This document shows positions 1-9,674 of a stretch of DNA of 29,205 nucleotides, piece by piece. The stretch is from positions 1 to 29,205 of IMG/VR virus record IMGVR_UViG_3300011339_000319. One strand, given 5' to 3'. The notes under the pieces are model-generated. The model ran no database searches and was not told the DNA's origin. It saw nothing but the letters and a program-made list of their open reading frames with translations. The first letter of the stretch is position 1, and every line of letters starts with the position of its first letter. The stretch is from a virus. Lineage: Duplodnaviria; Caudoviricetes. A program made the position numbers and the translations under genes.

Positions 1-444
1 ATGGCGACCGTTTGCCACCCAAAATATTGGGAAGTGCTGAAGGGCCGCAAGGTGCGGCTGTGGCATTTGATCAACGGCGATGACCTAGAAACCGTGGCCT
101 GGGTGATGCAAAACCATCCCGAGGGCGCAAACAGCATGATTGGCGGCGGTAGTTCTGTCGGGCAGCGGGCAATGAACGTCATGGCGGCGCTTGGTTACCG
201 GCGGTTCAACATTCACGGCATGGATTGCTCATTTACGACCGACCGGCACGCTGCGGCGCATTTGGGCAAGGAACAAGCTAAAATTATGGTGAAAGCTGGA
301 AACCGAGTATTTCAGACCACTAGGCAGATGCTACAGGCAGCAATTGAGATGGAGCAATTCATCACAACTCAGGATGCGGAGATCGCATTTTTCGGTGACG
401 GGCTTATGCAAGAAACGGCACTTCAACTAAAGGAAATGGCATGA
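1..444 (+). CDS. Maf/DUF115 (MptE-like) family protein, probably 5'-truncated by the window edge
   Basis: GGGSSVGQRAMNVMAALGYRRFNIHGMDCSF matches the GxSV..A..LG...I.L.GMD.SF signature of DUF115/Maf proteins; the first residues (CHP...LWH) look mid-domain. Confidence 0.65.
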   Translation: MATVCHPKYWEVLKGRKVRLWHLINGDDLETVAWVMQNHPEGANSMIGGGSSVGQRAMNVMAALGYRRFNIHGMDCSFTTDRHAAAHLGKEQAKIMVKAGNRVFQTTRQMLQAAIEMEQFITTQDAEIAFFGDGLMQETALQLKEMA

Positions 445-1028
445 AGAACGAAACGGCTGGATGGACAAATGAAAGTTTCATGGAGGACAACCGAGGCAAG
501 ATGGCGGTGTTTTTCCATGCTGTGCAAATTAAGAACAATTACAAATCGGACTTGGAAAAGCGTCCGATTTTTGAAGAACGCATCTACTTGAAAAAACTGG
601 TTCCAGGCGATTCCACATTGGTGGTTGACCGCCCAATGCGCGAAACCGACAAGGAAGAATTCCCAATTGAGTGGGCGCGGTTTGAGCAGAAGAAAGAACA
701 GAAATCCGATGGCACTCCCATTGAAGCATGGGCAGCAATCAGCGACACGCAAAAGGCTGAATTTCGGGCGCTTAACATCTTCACAATTGACCAATTTGCC
801 AAGCTGCCGGACTCGGCAGGCAACAAAATCATGGGGTTCAACGAACTCCGAGGCAAGGCTCAAGCATTCATTGGTGCGGCGCAGGATAGCCAATTGATGG
901 ATAAAATCCGCGCTGAGACTGATGAAAAATTGAAGGCCCAAGAAGTTGAAATGGCTGCACTTCGTGCCATGATTGAGGAATTGACATCCAAGAAGGCTGG
1001 CAGACCTCGCAAAGAACTGGTGGAATAA
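441..1028 (+). CDS. Conserved phage hypothetical protein with C-terminal coiled coil and basic tail
   Basis: 195-aa ORF; ATGA overlap with upstream gene; AAGGA upstream; ends KKAGRPRK. Confidence 0.7.
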   Translation: MKNETAGWTNESFMEDNRGKMAVFFHAVQIKNNYKSDLEKRPIFEERIYLKKLVPGDSTLVVDRPMRETDKEEFPIEWARFEQKKEQKSDGTPIEAWAAISDTQKAEFRALNIFTIDQFAKLPDSAGNKIMGFNELRGKAQAFIGAAQDSQLMDKIRAETDEKLKAQEVEMAALRAMIEELTSKKAGRPRKELVE

Positions 1029-1946
1029 ATGGCTTACACATTACTGCAACTGGTTGACCAAGTTTCGGGCGAACTGGGCTTGTCCCAACCAGCGGCAGTA
1101 ATTGGCTCCACCAACAACCAAACCGTCCAACTGTTGGCCTTGGCGCAGCGGTTGGGCAAAGACTTGGTGCGCGAGTACGAATGGCAGCGGCTGGTCAAGG
1201 CTTATGTCCTGCAAACAACCGCCGGAATCAGCACCACCGGCACGATTACGGCAGGCTCAAAGGTCATCACCAGCATGGGAACAACCGTAGGCTTGGAAGT
1301 TGGCAATGTGGTCACCGGCACGGGGCAGGCTCCATACGCTGAAATTCTGACCATTGACTCGGGAACTCAAGTCACGTTGAACACGCCGGTGGCAACTTCT
1401 ACGGCAGCGGTTTCCATGACGTTTGCCAAGCAAGACTATGCAATGCCGACCGACTTTGACCGCATGATCTCGGACACAAATTGGGATCGCACAAACCATT
1501 GGCGCAACCTTGGAACGAAAACTTCCCAAGAGTGGCAATGGCTGCAAGGCGGCATCATCTCTGTTGGCCCACGGGAACGCTATCGCATCTACAACAACCG
1601 CCTGCGGATTTTCCAAGCCCTGACAAGCATCTACACTTTTGCGTTTGAGTACGTCAGCAATTATTGGGTGATGTCTAGCGGCGCAACCCAAGGCGACAAG
1701 GGCGCATATAGCGCCGATACTGACACGGCGGTTTTCCCTGATGACTTGATGCTGGCGGGTCTGAAGTTTTATTTTCTCAAAGCCAAGAAACTGGATTACG
1801 CCATTGAATTGGGCGAATTCACCCGTGCGCTGAGTTACACCAAAGCGCAGGATGTGCCTGTACCGGCGCAGTCTCTTGCCCCGATTGGCATGAATCCGCT
1901 GGTCGGCCCTTGGAGTGTTCAAGACGGCAACTGGCCCGCACAATAG
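1029..1946 (+). CDS. Head-tail adaptor / tail tubular protein A-like, with inserted Thr/Gly-rich beta domain
   Basis: N-terminal helical MAYTLLQLVDQVSGELGL, DYAMPTDFDR, C-terminal FPDDLMLAGLKFYFLKAK; position upstream of the nozzle gene. Confidence 0.7.
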   Translation: MAYTLLQLVDQVSGELGLSQPAAVIGSTNNQTVQLLALAQRLGKDLVREYEWQRLVKAYVLQTTAGISTTGTITAGSKVITSMGTTVGLEVGNVVTGTGQAPYAEILTIDSGTQVTLNTPVATSTAAVSMTFAKQDYAMPTDFDRMISDTNWDRTNHWRNLGTKTSQEWQWLQGGIISVGPRERYRIYNNRLRIFQALTSIYTFAFEYVSNYWVMSSGATQGDKGAYSADTDTAVFPDDLMLAGLKFYFLKAKKLDYAIELGEFTRALSYTKAQDVPVPAQSLAPIGMNPLVGPWSVQDGNWPAQ

Positions 1947-1954
1947 GAGATCGT

Positions 1955-2113
1955 ATGAAACTAGATGGGCTTTATGCCAACATCCAAGCAAAGAGGGCTA
2001 GGATAGCCGCTGGATCAGGCGAGAAGATGCGTAAGCCTGGCACAGAGGGCGCACCTACCGCCAAGGCGTTCAAGGAATCTGCAAAAACCGCAAAGCCTGA
2101 GAAAAAGAAATGA
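1955..2113 (+). CDS. Small basic phage protein (GLYANIQAKRARIAAGSGEKMRKPG)
   Basis: AGGAG at 1945-1949 precedes ATG 1955; 52 aa, Lys/Ala-rich. Confidence 0.75.
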   Translation: MKLDGLYANIQAKRARIAAGSGEKMRKPGTEGAPTAKAFKESAKTAKPEKKK

Positions 2114-2397
2114 CAGCGGCTTGGCAACGCAAGGAAGGCAAGAATCCCGAAGGCGGCTTGAACGCCAAGGGCCGAGCCTCGGCAAAGGCTGAAGGCATGG
2201 ACTTAAAGCCGCCTGTGAAGTCAGGCGACAACCCGCGCAGGGCATCATTTCTTGCGCGGATGGGCAATATGCCTGGCCCAATGGAAAAGAACGGTGAGCC
2301 GACCCGATTGGCGTTGTCCTTGAAAGCATGGGGAGCCAGTTCAAAAGAAGATGCTAGGGCTAAATCTAAAGCCATATCACGAAGAAACAAAGACTAA
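2110..2397 (+). CDS. Small basic phage protein (DUF6321-like)
   Basis: AWQRKEGKNPEGGLNAKGRAS...RRASFLARM motif; coupled to both neighbours by stop/start overlaps. Confidence 0.7.
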   Translation: MTAAWQRKEGKNPEGGLNAKGRASAKAEGMDLKPPVKSGDNPRRASFLARMGNMPGPMEKNGEPTRLALSLKAWGASSKEDARAKSKAISRRNKD

Positions 2398-3944
2398 TGC
2401 TTGCATCATTTGGCAGAGCGCCACCAACCCAACGTAGCCAAACGGTATCTGTAGCCGCGCCTATTGGCGGCTGGAATGCCCGCGATGCATTGGGCGCAAT
2501 GGATCCGCTAGATGCGGTCACGCTGACAAATTTTTGGCCTGGAACAAACTCGGTCATTTTGCGTAACGGCTATACCAAATTTGCCACCGGCATCACCGGC
2601 ACGGTTCAGACCATTCTTGCCTACAGTTCCGGCACATCTAATCAACTTTTTGCTGCGGCAATAGATTCAATCTACGATGTCACGGCAGGCGGGACGGTAG
2701 GCGCTGCGGATGTCACCGGCCTATCCAATGCCAAGTTTCAATACGTCAACATTACAACCCCTGCCGCATCTTATTTGATGGCGGTCAATGGTGTGGACAA
2801 GCTGCGAACTTATGACGGTTCTGCTTGGCACACTGATGGCGATGGATCGCCCTACAACATCACCGGCGTGAATACCGCGAATTGCTCCAACATCACGCTG
2901 TTTAAGAATCGCGTTTGGTTGGTGGAAAACGGGTCGCTAAAATCATGGTATCTGCCTGTTAACAGCATTGGCGGCGCGGCGGTTGCGTTAGACATGACCA
3001 GCCTTTTCCAGTTTGGCGGCTACATCATGGCGGCTATGACGTGGACGTTGGATGCTGGTTACGGCATGGACGATTACCTTGTTTTTATCACTAGCAATGG
3101 CGAGGTAATGGTTTGGCGACTAACCGACCCAACAACCCCAACCGGCATTTCAATGACCGGTTTGTGGAAGGTTGGCGCACCTATTGGGCGGCGCTGCTGG
3201 ATCAAGTATGGCGGCGATTTGTTGATCATTACGCAAGATGGCGTGGTTCCCATGTCCGGCGCTTTGCAATCGTCCCGCCTTGACCCTCGGGTGTCGATTA
3301 CCAACAAAATCCAATATGCGGTCAGCCAAGCGGTCAGCTTATATGGGCAAAACTTTGGGTGGAGTTTGCTCTACTACCCCAAGGAAAACCAACTGATCAT
3401 GAATGTACCGATTGCAACGGGGCAAGAGCAACAATATGTGATGAACACCATTACCAAAAGTTGGTGTAACTTTACCGGCTGGAACGCCACTTGTTGGGAA
3501 ATTTGGCAAGATGACCCTTACTTTGGCGGCAATGGTTATGTTGCGCTGGCGTGGAATGGCACGGTAGATGACACATCCAACATCAACGGTTTTGCCTTGC
3601 AAAGTTTTCAAAACTACGGGTCGGCGACCCAAAAGCAATGCAAGATGATTCGTTATCACTTGTTGAGCAATGGCACACCATCAATTTTTGGTAATGTCAA
3701 CGTCGATTACGACCTTTCCGACCAAAGCGCCCAGCTAAATTTTTCTCCTCCGCAATATGGCGTTTGGGATAGTGCCCTGTGGGATGTTGCCTATTGGGGC
3801 GGCGGTCTTGCCCCTACTGCTGATTGGCAAGGTACAACCGGCATCGGATATTCTTTTGCGCCCACGTTGAACACTGGCACACAAGGTATAGAATTGCAAT
3901 GGGTCGCAACCGACTTGGTGTTTGAGGCTGGTGGTGTTCTTTGA
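2397..3944 (+). CDS. Tail nozzle / P22 gp10-like DNA-stabilisation protein
   Basis: 515 aa, beta-rich; APIGGWNARD N-terminal motif; position between adaptor and ejection genes. Confidence 0.7.
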   Translation: MLASFGRAPPTQRSQTVSVAAPIGGWNARDALGAMDPLDAVTLTNFWPGTNSVILRNGYTKFATGITGTVQTILAYSSGTSNQLFAAAIDSIYDVTAGGTVGAADVTGLSNAKFQYVNITTPAASYLMAVNGVDKLRTYDGSAWHTDGDGSPYNITGVNTANCSNITLFKNRVWLVENGSLKSWYLPVNSIGGAAVALDMTSLFQFGGYIMAAMTWTLDAGYGMDDYLVFITSNGEVMVWRLTDPTTPTGISMTGLWKVGAPIGRRCWIKYGGDLLIITQDGVVPMSGALQSSRLDPRVSITNKIQYAVSQAVSLYGQNFGWSLLYYPKENQLIMNVPIATGQEQQYVMNTITKSWCNFTGWNATCWEIWQDDPYFGGNGYVALAWNGTVDDTSNINGFALQSFQNYGSATQKQCKMIRYHLLSNGTPSIFGNVNVDYDLSDQSAQLNFSPPQYGVWDSALWDVAYWGGGLAPTADWQGTTGIGYSFAPTLNTGTQGIELQWVATDLVFEAGGVL

Positions 3945-4377
3945 GATCACTTCAGACCATTCAGCAGGACATTGGACTGCAAAAAAGGTCGATGGTGGCT
4001 ACTTTCAAGAGCGCAGCAAGTCTATCGGGTTGAAGAAAGACGGCGAGTTTGTCGCCGGTGTCATCTACGAAAACTGGCATGGCAAGTCAATCACTTGCCA
4101 CATTGCGGTCACCGGCAGAATGACTCCGGCCTACTTAGCAGCCATCTTTGACTACCCGTTCAATGTTTGTAATGTCGGCAAGATCATTGTGCCGGTCAGC
4201 AGCGCAAACATCACAAGCATCAAATTTGTTGAAAAAATGGGTTTCCAGGAGGAAGCGCGGATCAAGGATGCGATGGCAGACGGGGACATGGTAATCCTCA
4301 CTATGCCAAAGGAACGATGCAAATATTTGGAGAATCGATATGGGAAAAAGTGCACCAGCAGCACCCGCAGCACCTGA
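3922..4377 (+). CDS. GNAT-family acetyltransferase-like protein (start may be GTG 3931)
   Basis: NITSIKFVEKMGFQEE matches the GNAT N..S....EK.GF..E motif. Confidence 0.75.
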   Translation: MRLVVFFEITSDHSAGHWTAKKVDGGYFQERSKSIGLKKDGEFVAGVIYENWHGKSITCHIAVTGRMTPAYLAAIFDYPFNVCNVGKIIVPVSSANITSIKFVEKMGFQEEARIKDAMADGDMVILTMPKERCKYLENRYGKKCTSSTRST

Positions 4378-5410
4378 TTATGTAGGCGCTGCAAAGCAGC
4401 AAGGCGTGGAAAACGTCGAAACGGCGCGTGTTCAAGCTAGGTTGAACAACCCCAATACATACACTCCATATGGAACGCAATTGGTGTCCTATGACGGCGA
4501 CCAAGCAACCATCAGACAAACCCTAAACCCACAGGCTCAAAAAACGCTAGAAGAGCAGCAGAACACCCAATATCAGCTTGCATCACTCAGCGGGAAAGGC
4601 GCAAACCTTGCAAGCAATGTTCTTGACAAGCCGTTTGCTTTTGGCGGGCCGGATGTTCAGACTTCGTTGGATTTGAGCAATGTTGCAAAGATGCCGGTCA
4701 ATGCCGGAACAACGGCGCAAGAAGCCATCATGTCGCGCCTAGAGCCGTCATTGGCAAAGAATCGCGTTAGCACCGAAACCCAACTTATAAACCAAGGATT
4801 GCGGCCTGGAACTGAGGCTTACGACAACGCCATTCAACTATTAGGTCAGCAGGAGAACGATGCCCGAACACAAGCGGCATTGCAAGGCATCAATGTTGAT
4901 ATGGGCGCAAATTTGCAAGGCTATAACCAAGCATTGACGGGCGCACAGTTTGGCAACACTGCACAGCAGCAAGCACTGGCACAAGCCATCCAAGGCCGTC
5001 AAATGCCGTTGAATGAGATTACCGCGCTGATGTCCGGTAGTCAGATTCAGAATCCGCAATTTCAAGCTTACTCAGGCTCAAATATAGCTGCTGCGCCTAT
5101 TTTTGGGGCTACGCAAGCGCAAGGGCAAGCGGCTCAAAATGCTTACAACCAGCAAGTGGCAAACCAAAACGCAAGCACGGCAGGACTGTACAGTTTAGGC
5201 GGCGCGGCAATTTCCGCTTTTTCTGATGCAAGATTGAAATCTAACATTGTCAAAGTGGGCAATCACCCGCTTGGCATTGGCATTTATGAATACGACATTT
5301 TTGGTCAGCGTCAGCGCGGCGTGATGGCTCAAGAACTTTTACAAGTGATGCCTGATGCGGTGCATCAACATCCAAGCGGCTATTTAATGGTTGATTACGG
5401 GAGACTCTAA
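4340..5410 (+). CDS. Putative ejection (DNA-transfer) protein with C-terminal intramolecular chaperone / peptidase S74 domain
   Basis: MGKSAPAAPAAPDY start, Gln/Ala-rich body, SDARLKSNI...GVMAQEL...PDAV...VDY. Confidence 0.75.
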   Translation: MGKSAPAAPAAPDYVGAAKQQGVENVETARVQARLNNPNTYTPYGTQLVSYDGDQATIRQTLNPQAQKTLEEQQNTQYQLASLSGKGANLASNVLDKPFAFGGPDVQTSLDLSNVAKMPVNAGTTAQEAIMSRLEPSLAKNRVSTETQLINQGLRPGTEAYDNAIQLLGQQENDARTQAALQGINVDMGANLQGYNQALTGAQFGNTAQQQALAQAIQGRQMPLNEITALMSGSQIQNPQFQAYSGSNIAAAPIFGATQAQGQAAQNAYNQQVANQNASTAGLYSLGGAAISAFSDARLKSNIVKVGNHPLGIGIYEYDIFGQRQRGVMAQELLQVMPDAVHQHPSGYLMVDYGRL

Positions 5411-7051
5411 ATGGCAACAGTCAGCCTAATTGATCCCTATTCGCAGCAAGCGGAAGAAATTGCCAAACGGCAACGCATGGCCCGAGCCTTGCAAGAACAA
5501 GGGTCGCAAGTTCTTGAAATGCCAACAACGCCAGGCGTATTGATTAGTCCTTACGCTGGTTTGGGAAAACTTTTGCAAGCTGGCATTGGCGCATACAAAG
5601 AAAAACAAGCGCGGGACGACTACACTGCGCTGCAAGACAAATACCGCACAAATTACAACACCCAACTTGGCGAAATGGCACGTTTGATTTCTGCGCCCGA
5701 AGTAAAAGGCGTAGCAGGAACAAACGAAATTCCATATGAACCAGCACAAACAGAAAAAATTTATGGCACAAAACCCGCCCCTGTTATGGGTAGTGGTTAT
5801 GGAAGCGGAATGCTTATGCCTGATCAAGTCATTGGCGAAAAAGTTATTAAACCCGAAGTGCCATATCAAGCGGCTGTTGCGCCAGTTCAAGGCCAACCAG
5901 CTGGTTACATCAGCGCAGCAGACTTGGAAAAAATTGACATTCCCGAAGTCAAGCAATTGCTAATGGCTAAATACTTGGCACAGTTTGAGCCAAATCAAGT
6001 CAAACTTGGCCCTGGAGAAAGTTTGTATACGCAAACCGGCAAAGGTGGCCCGCTTACGCCATTGGTTACTGGAACGACAAAAGCGGACAAACTTGCACCA
6101 CATTGGGAAGCAACAACTCAAGAAATTGGTGGAAAACCTGTGGCTGGTTGGATTAACTTAAACGCCACAGACAAAGCAGCCTCTTTTGTTGCTGGTGCAA
6201 AACCAACCGAAGCAAAAGCAGCTACGCCGCATTGGGTTGTAGGCCAAAAAGACGTAAATGGAACAACGCAATTTGGTTGGTACGACTTGAATGCTGCGGA
6301 TAAAGATGCATCGTTTAAAGCCGGAGCCAATCCACCGGCGGGCGAAAAATCCAATTGGAAAGAAGTTGTGCGCGGCGGCAAAATTTATTACGAAGATTTT
6401 AACATTGCTGATGCTACTCAACGTCAAGCTGGTGCAATTGAAAAAGAAGCCGCAAAAGTTGACCAAATTCAGTTGGAAGTAGAAGACGAAACGGGCGCAA
6501 AGAAAACAATTTTGGTTAAGAAAGATGATCCACGATTGGCAACAGGAATTGCGACAAAAGGCGCTGACACTGTAATGATTACAGATGTGAATGACAAAGG
6601 TCAAACAACGGTGCGATATGTCAAAAAAGGCGACCCAATTCTTACAACAGGATATGTTAAACCATTGGAAGGCTTTTTGGGTCAATTGCAAGCTGCTGGT
6701 GTGCCGATGGATAAGATAAGAAGTGATCCCAAAATTAGAGATTTGGTTGACCGCTATTTTGTCAATGCGGCTGGCGGCGTGTCTCCCGAAAATGTGTTTG
6801 GTTCTGAGTTAAGAAAAGCTGAAGTGGTTGCAAGGTTGGGTGAACTTGGTATAGCTATTCCCGCCAACATAAAAGGATTGAGCCTATCGGTAACGCCAGG
6901 CGTACTTGGCGGTTCACAACCGGCAAGCGCCGCGCCAGCAATTGCAAAAGCCCCACCAAAAATTAACGATGTTGTAGTCAATGGCGATAAAAAATTCAAA
7001 TTTAAAGGTGGTGATCCCAATCAACAATCTAATTGGGTGGAGGTGAAATAA
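5411..7051 (+). CDS. Putative ejection / internal virion protein with internal repeats
   Basis: 546-aa ORF directly after the S74 protein; repeated PHW...GW..LNA.DK.ASF.AGA.P units. Confidence 0.55.
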   Translation: MATVSLIDPYSQQAEEIAKRQRMARALQEQGSQVLEMPTTPGVLISPYAGLGKLLQAGIGAYKEKQARDDYTALQDKYRTNYNTQLGEMARLISAPEVKGVAGTNEIPYEPAQTEKIYGTKPAPVMGSGYGSGMLMPDQVIGEKVIKPEVPYQAAVAPVQGQPAGYISAADLEKIDIPEVKQLLMAKYLAQFEPNQVKLGPGESLYTQTGKGGPLTPLVTGTTKADKLAPHWEATTQEIGGKPVAGWINLNATDKAASFVAGAKPTEAKAATPHWVVGQKDVNGTTQFGWYDLNAADKDASFKAGANPPAGEKSNWKEVVRGGKIYYEDFNIADATQRQAGAIEKEAAKVDQIQLEVEDETGAKKTILVKKDDPRLATGIATKGADTVMITDVNDKGQTTVRYVKKGDPILTTGYVKPLEGFLGQLQAAGVPMDKIRSDPKIRDLVDRYFVNAAGGVSPENVFGSELRKAEVVARLGELGIAIPANIKGLSLSVTPGVLGGSQPASAAPAIAKAPPKINDVVVNGDKKFKFKGGDPNQQSNWVEVK

Positions 7052-7881
7052 TGGCTTTACCTTGGGAAGAAAATTACCAAACAGAAGCAACGCCAGCGCC
7101 TAAACCGCGCCCCGTTCAGCCGGTTGTGATGTCGCCGCCTGCCGCTGCGGTTGCGCCTGATCCATTGGTTGCCGCCATGCAAACAATGCGAAGTGGCGCA
7201 GCGCCTGCTGCTGCCGCGCCCGTTGCTGCTGCGCCTGCAATGCCTGCTTTGCCTCCACCTCCAAAAATCCAACCTGGTGAAGCGCCAGTAAATTACAAAC
7301 GCCGGTTATCTGAACACTATCAGCGTGTTGATCAGATGAAAATGGATGCTGTAAAAGAAGCGGAAAAAACAGCGCGAGAAGCGGCAGCGCCAAAGGTAGG
7401 CGACCTTTCTGCGTTTTCAGCCAAAGAGCAAAAGCTGAAAGACTTTGAAGGATATTTGACCGATTACAAAGACGAACTGGCAAAAAACCTTACTGTTTTC
7501 CCTACCAAAATACCTTTGATTCCATCCCAAGGAATTGAAATTCCATTGCCGGTTGGCCCTGATACGGCCCGTATGCAAGCTAAGTACAACTCGCTGTTGA
7601 TGGGCGTGAAAGATGCGTATCAATTGGGCGCATTGACAGGGCCGGACATGAGCATTGTTGAGGCGCAGATTACAAACCCTGCATCAATGTCGGGAATGTT
7701 GTACAGCAAAGATGCATTTAACGAACAAGTGAAAGTTTTAGAAGGTTTGTTGAGTAGAGCAAAAACCAATCTTGAAACTTCCTACGGTCGAAAAATGGCT
7801 CCACAGGCCGTTGCGGGGCAAGGCGCACAACCCGCTGCGCCAGCGTTAGGCGGTGACCCACTTATGCTGCGGAGACGGTAA
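7051..7881 (+). CDS. Putative internal virion protein, Pro/Ala-rich N-terminus
   Basis: TAATG overlap at 7049-7053 and GGAGG upstream give start MALPWEENY; LGALTGPD motif. Confidence 0.55.
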   Translation: MALPWEENYQTEATPAPKPRPVQPVVMSPPAAAVAPDPLVAAMQTMRSGAAPAAAAPVAAAPAMPALPPPPKIQPGEAPVNYKRRLSEHYQRVDQMKMDAVKEAEKTAREAAAPKVGDLSAFSAKEQKLKDFEGYLTDYKDELAKNLTVFPTKIPLIPSQGIEIPLPVGPDTARMQAKYNSLLMGVKDAYQLGALTGPDMSIVEAQITNPASMSGMLYSKDAFNEQVKVLEGLLSRAKTNLETSYGRKMAPQAVAGQGAQPAAPALGGDPLMLRRR

Positions 7882-9674
7882 TGGCAACACTTGCTGAATT
7901 TCGCACGAAATATCCCCAATACAACGATATGCCGGACGTTGAACTGGCTGATTCGCTGCATCAAAAATTCTATTCCGACATTCCAAGGCCGCAGTTTTTT
8001 CAGCAGCTTGACATTGTTGGGGCACAATTGCCTGGTAGCGAAAAAACCATTAGCTTGCCAAAAGCCCAAACAAGCATCATGGACAGGCTTGGCGCTGTTT
8101 TGGAAGTGCCTGCAACAATGGCAACGGGTGCTGTTTCAAGCGCAGCCAGCTTGCCTTATGGCCTTTACAAAGGTCTGACCGGCGGCAAGTTTGGAACGCC
8201 CGAAGTTGAGCAAATAGCGCAACGCGAGGCCAAAGCATTTCAAGAGCGCAACACCTACCAACCGCGCACCGAGACGGCACAGGACGTTCTAGGCGGCATG
8301 GCAAAGGCTCTCAGCGTATTGCCGCCAACTCTTGGCGCAACGGGCAGCGCATTGACGGCTCTTGCACCGGCGGCGGTCGGTCAAATGCGGACGGCGGTGG
8401 CTCCTACTGTGGCGGCTACTCAGCAACGCATGGCAAAAGTTTTAACGCCGCAATCCACAATGATGGGTGGCGGTGCAGCATCTACAGATGAAGCCTTGTT
8501 GCGCCAACAGCGGGCTTTGAGCCAAGGCATTCCGCTGACCAAAGGCCAGCAATTGCAAGATTTTGCACAGCAGCAATTTGAATCGGATGTGGTTAAAGAA
8601 AACACCAAACTTGCCAAAGGTTTAGTGGAATTCAAAGAACAACAAAGAAAAGACATTCAAGGACGTTTTGAGCAATTGATTGCACAAACTGACGCTGATG
8701 TTGATGTATCGGATTTTCGCAAAGTTGGCACAACTGTGGATGCCGCATTGGTCAAGCAATTTGAAGCAAAGAAAAAATCGGTGGATGATGCTTACCAAAA
8801 AGCAAGAGATGCTGGCGAAACCAAAGCCGTGGTGGACACTACAAAGTTAGACCAATATTTGACATTTGTTCAACCGGAAGCAATTGCAGTTCCACAAATT
8901 AACTCTATTAAGGCAAAATTAGAAGCATTAAAAGCCGCTAAAAATGGGCAAGTCACTATTGATGATCTTGAAAATTTATACAAAGTTGCCGGGCAACTAG
9001 GTAAAAAAGGTGACCCGTCCGGTGTTTTTATGAATGACATCAAAAAAGTAATAAATGAAGTTACTGAAGGAACTGGTGGTGATTTTTATCGCGCCGCCCG
9101 TGCAGAACGTACCGATTTAGGAAAGCAATTTGAGAACGCCAAAAGGGTTGATGCGCTATTGAGCACAAAAGGTAGCTACGCTGACCGCGCCGTAAGATTG
9201 GATGATGTGTTCTCTCATGTTGTTCTTGATGGCAGTTTGGAAGAAATGCAAACAGTAACAAACTTGTTACAAAAAGGCGGGCCTGAAGGTCAAAAAGCCT
9301 ATGCTGCGCTGCAAGGTCAGACCATCCAGTACCTCAAAGATCAACTAAATAAAAACACAAGCGGCAAGCTGTCTTATGACGCATTTGCTAAAACACTTGC
9401 AAGCCTAGATCGGGAAGGCAAATTAGACTATCTGTTTGGTAAAAAAGGCCGTGAAACTCTTACAGAATTGCAAGGCACGTTGAAAGATGCGCTTGTTGAG
9501 ATTCCTGGCACGGTCAACTATTCCAACACCGGCAACGTGATTACTCGCAAATTGAATGATATTGTGAAAAAATTGCCATTGGCAAAAGACATAAGCCAAA
9601 TGATTGAGAATCAAAAGATTAGAAAACAAGTTGAACAATCCATCACTTATGATGCAACAAAGGTGAAACCATGA
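7881..9674 (+). CDS. Large putative ejection / internal virion protein
   Basis: 597 aa helical; N-terminal MATLAEFRTKYPQYNDMPDVELADSLHQKFYSD; TAATG coupling. Confidence 0.55.
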   Translation: MATLAEFRTKYPQYNDMPDVELADSLHQKFYSDIPRPQFFQQLDIVGAQLPGSEKTISLPKAQTSIMDRLGAVLEVPATMATGAVSSAASLPYGLYKGLTGGKFGTPEVEQIAQREAKAFQERNTYQPRTETAQDVLGGMAKALSVLPPTLGATGSALTALAPAAVGQMRTAVAPTVAATQQRMAKVLTPQSTMMGGGAASTDEALLRQQRALSQGIPLTKGQQLQDFAQQQFESDVVKENTKLAKGLVEFKEQQRKDIQGRFEQLIAQTDADVDVSDFRKVGTTVDAALVKQFEAKKKSVDDAYQKARDAGETKAVVDTTKLDQYLTFVQPEAIAVPQINSIKAKLEALKAAKNGQVTIDDLENLYKVAGQLGKKGDPSGVFMNDIKKVINEVTEGTGGDFYRAARAERTDLGKQFENAKRVDALLSTKGSYADRAVRLDDVFSHVVLDGSLEEMQTVTNLLQKGGPEGQKAYAALQGQTIQYLKDQLNKNTSGKLSYDAFAKTLASLDREGKLDYLFGKKGRETLTELQGTLKDALVEIPGTVNYSNTGNVITRKLNDIVKKLPLAKDISQMIENQKIRKQVEQSITYDATKVKP

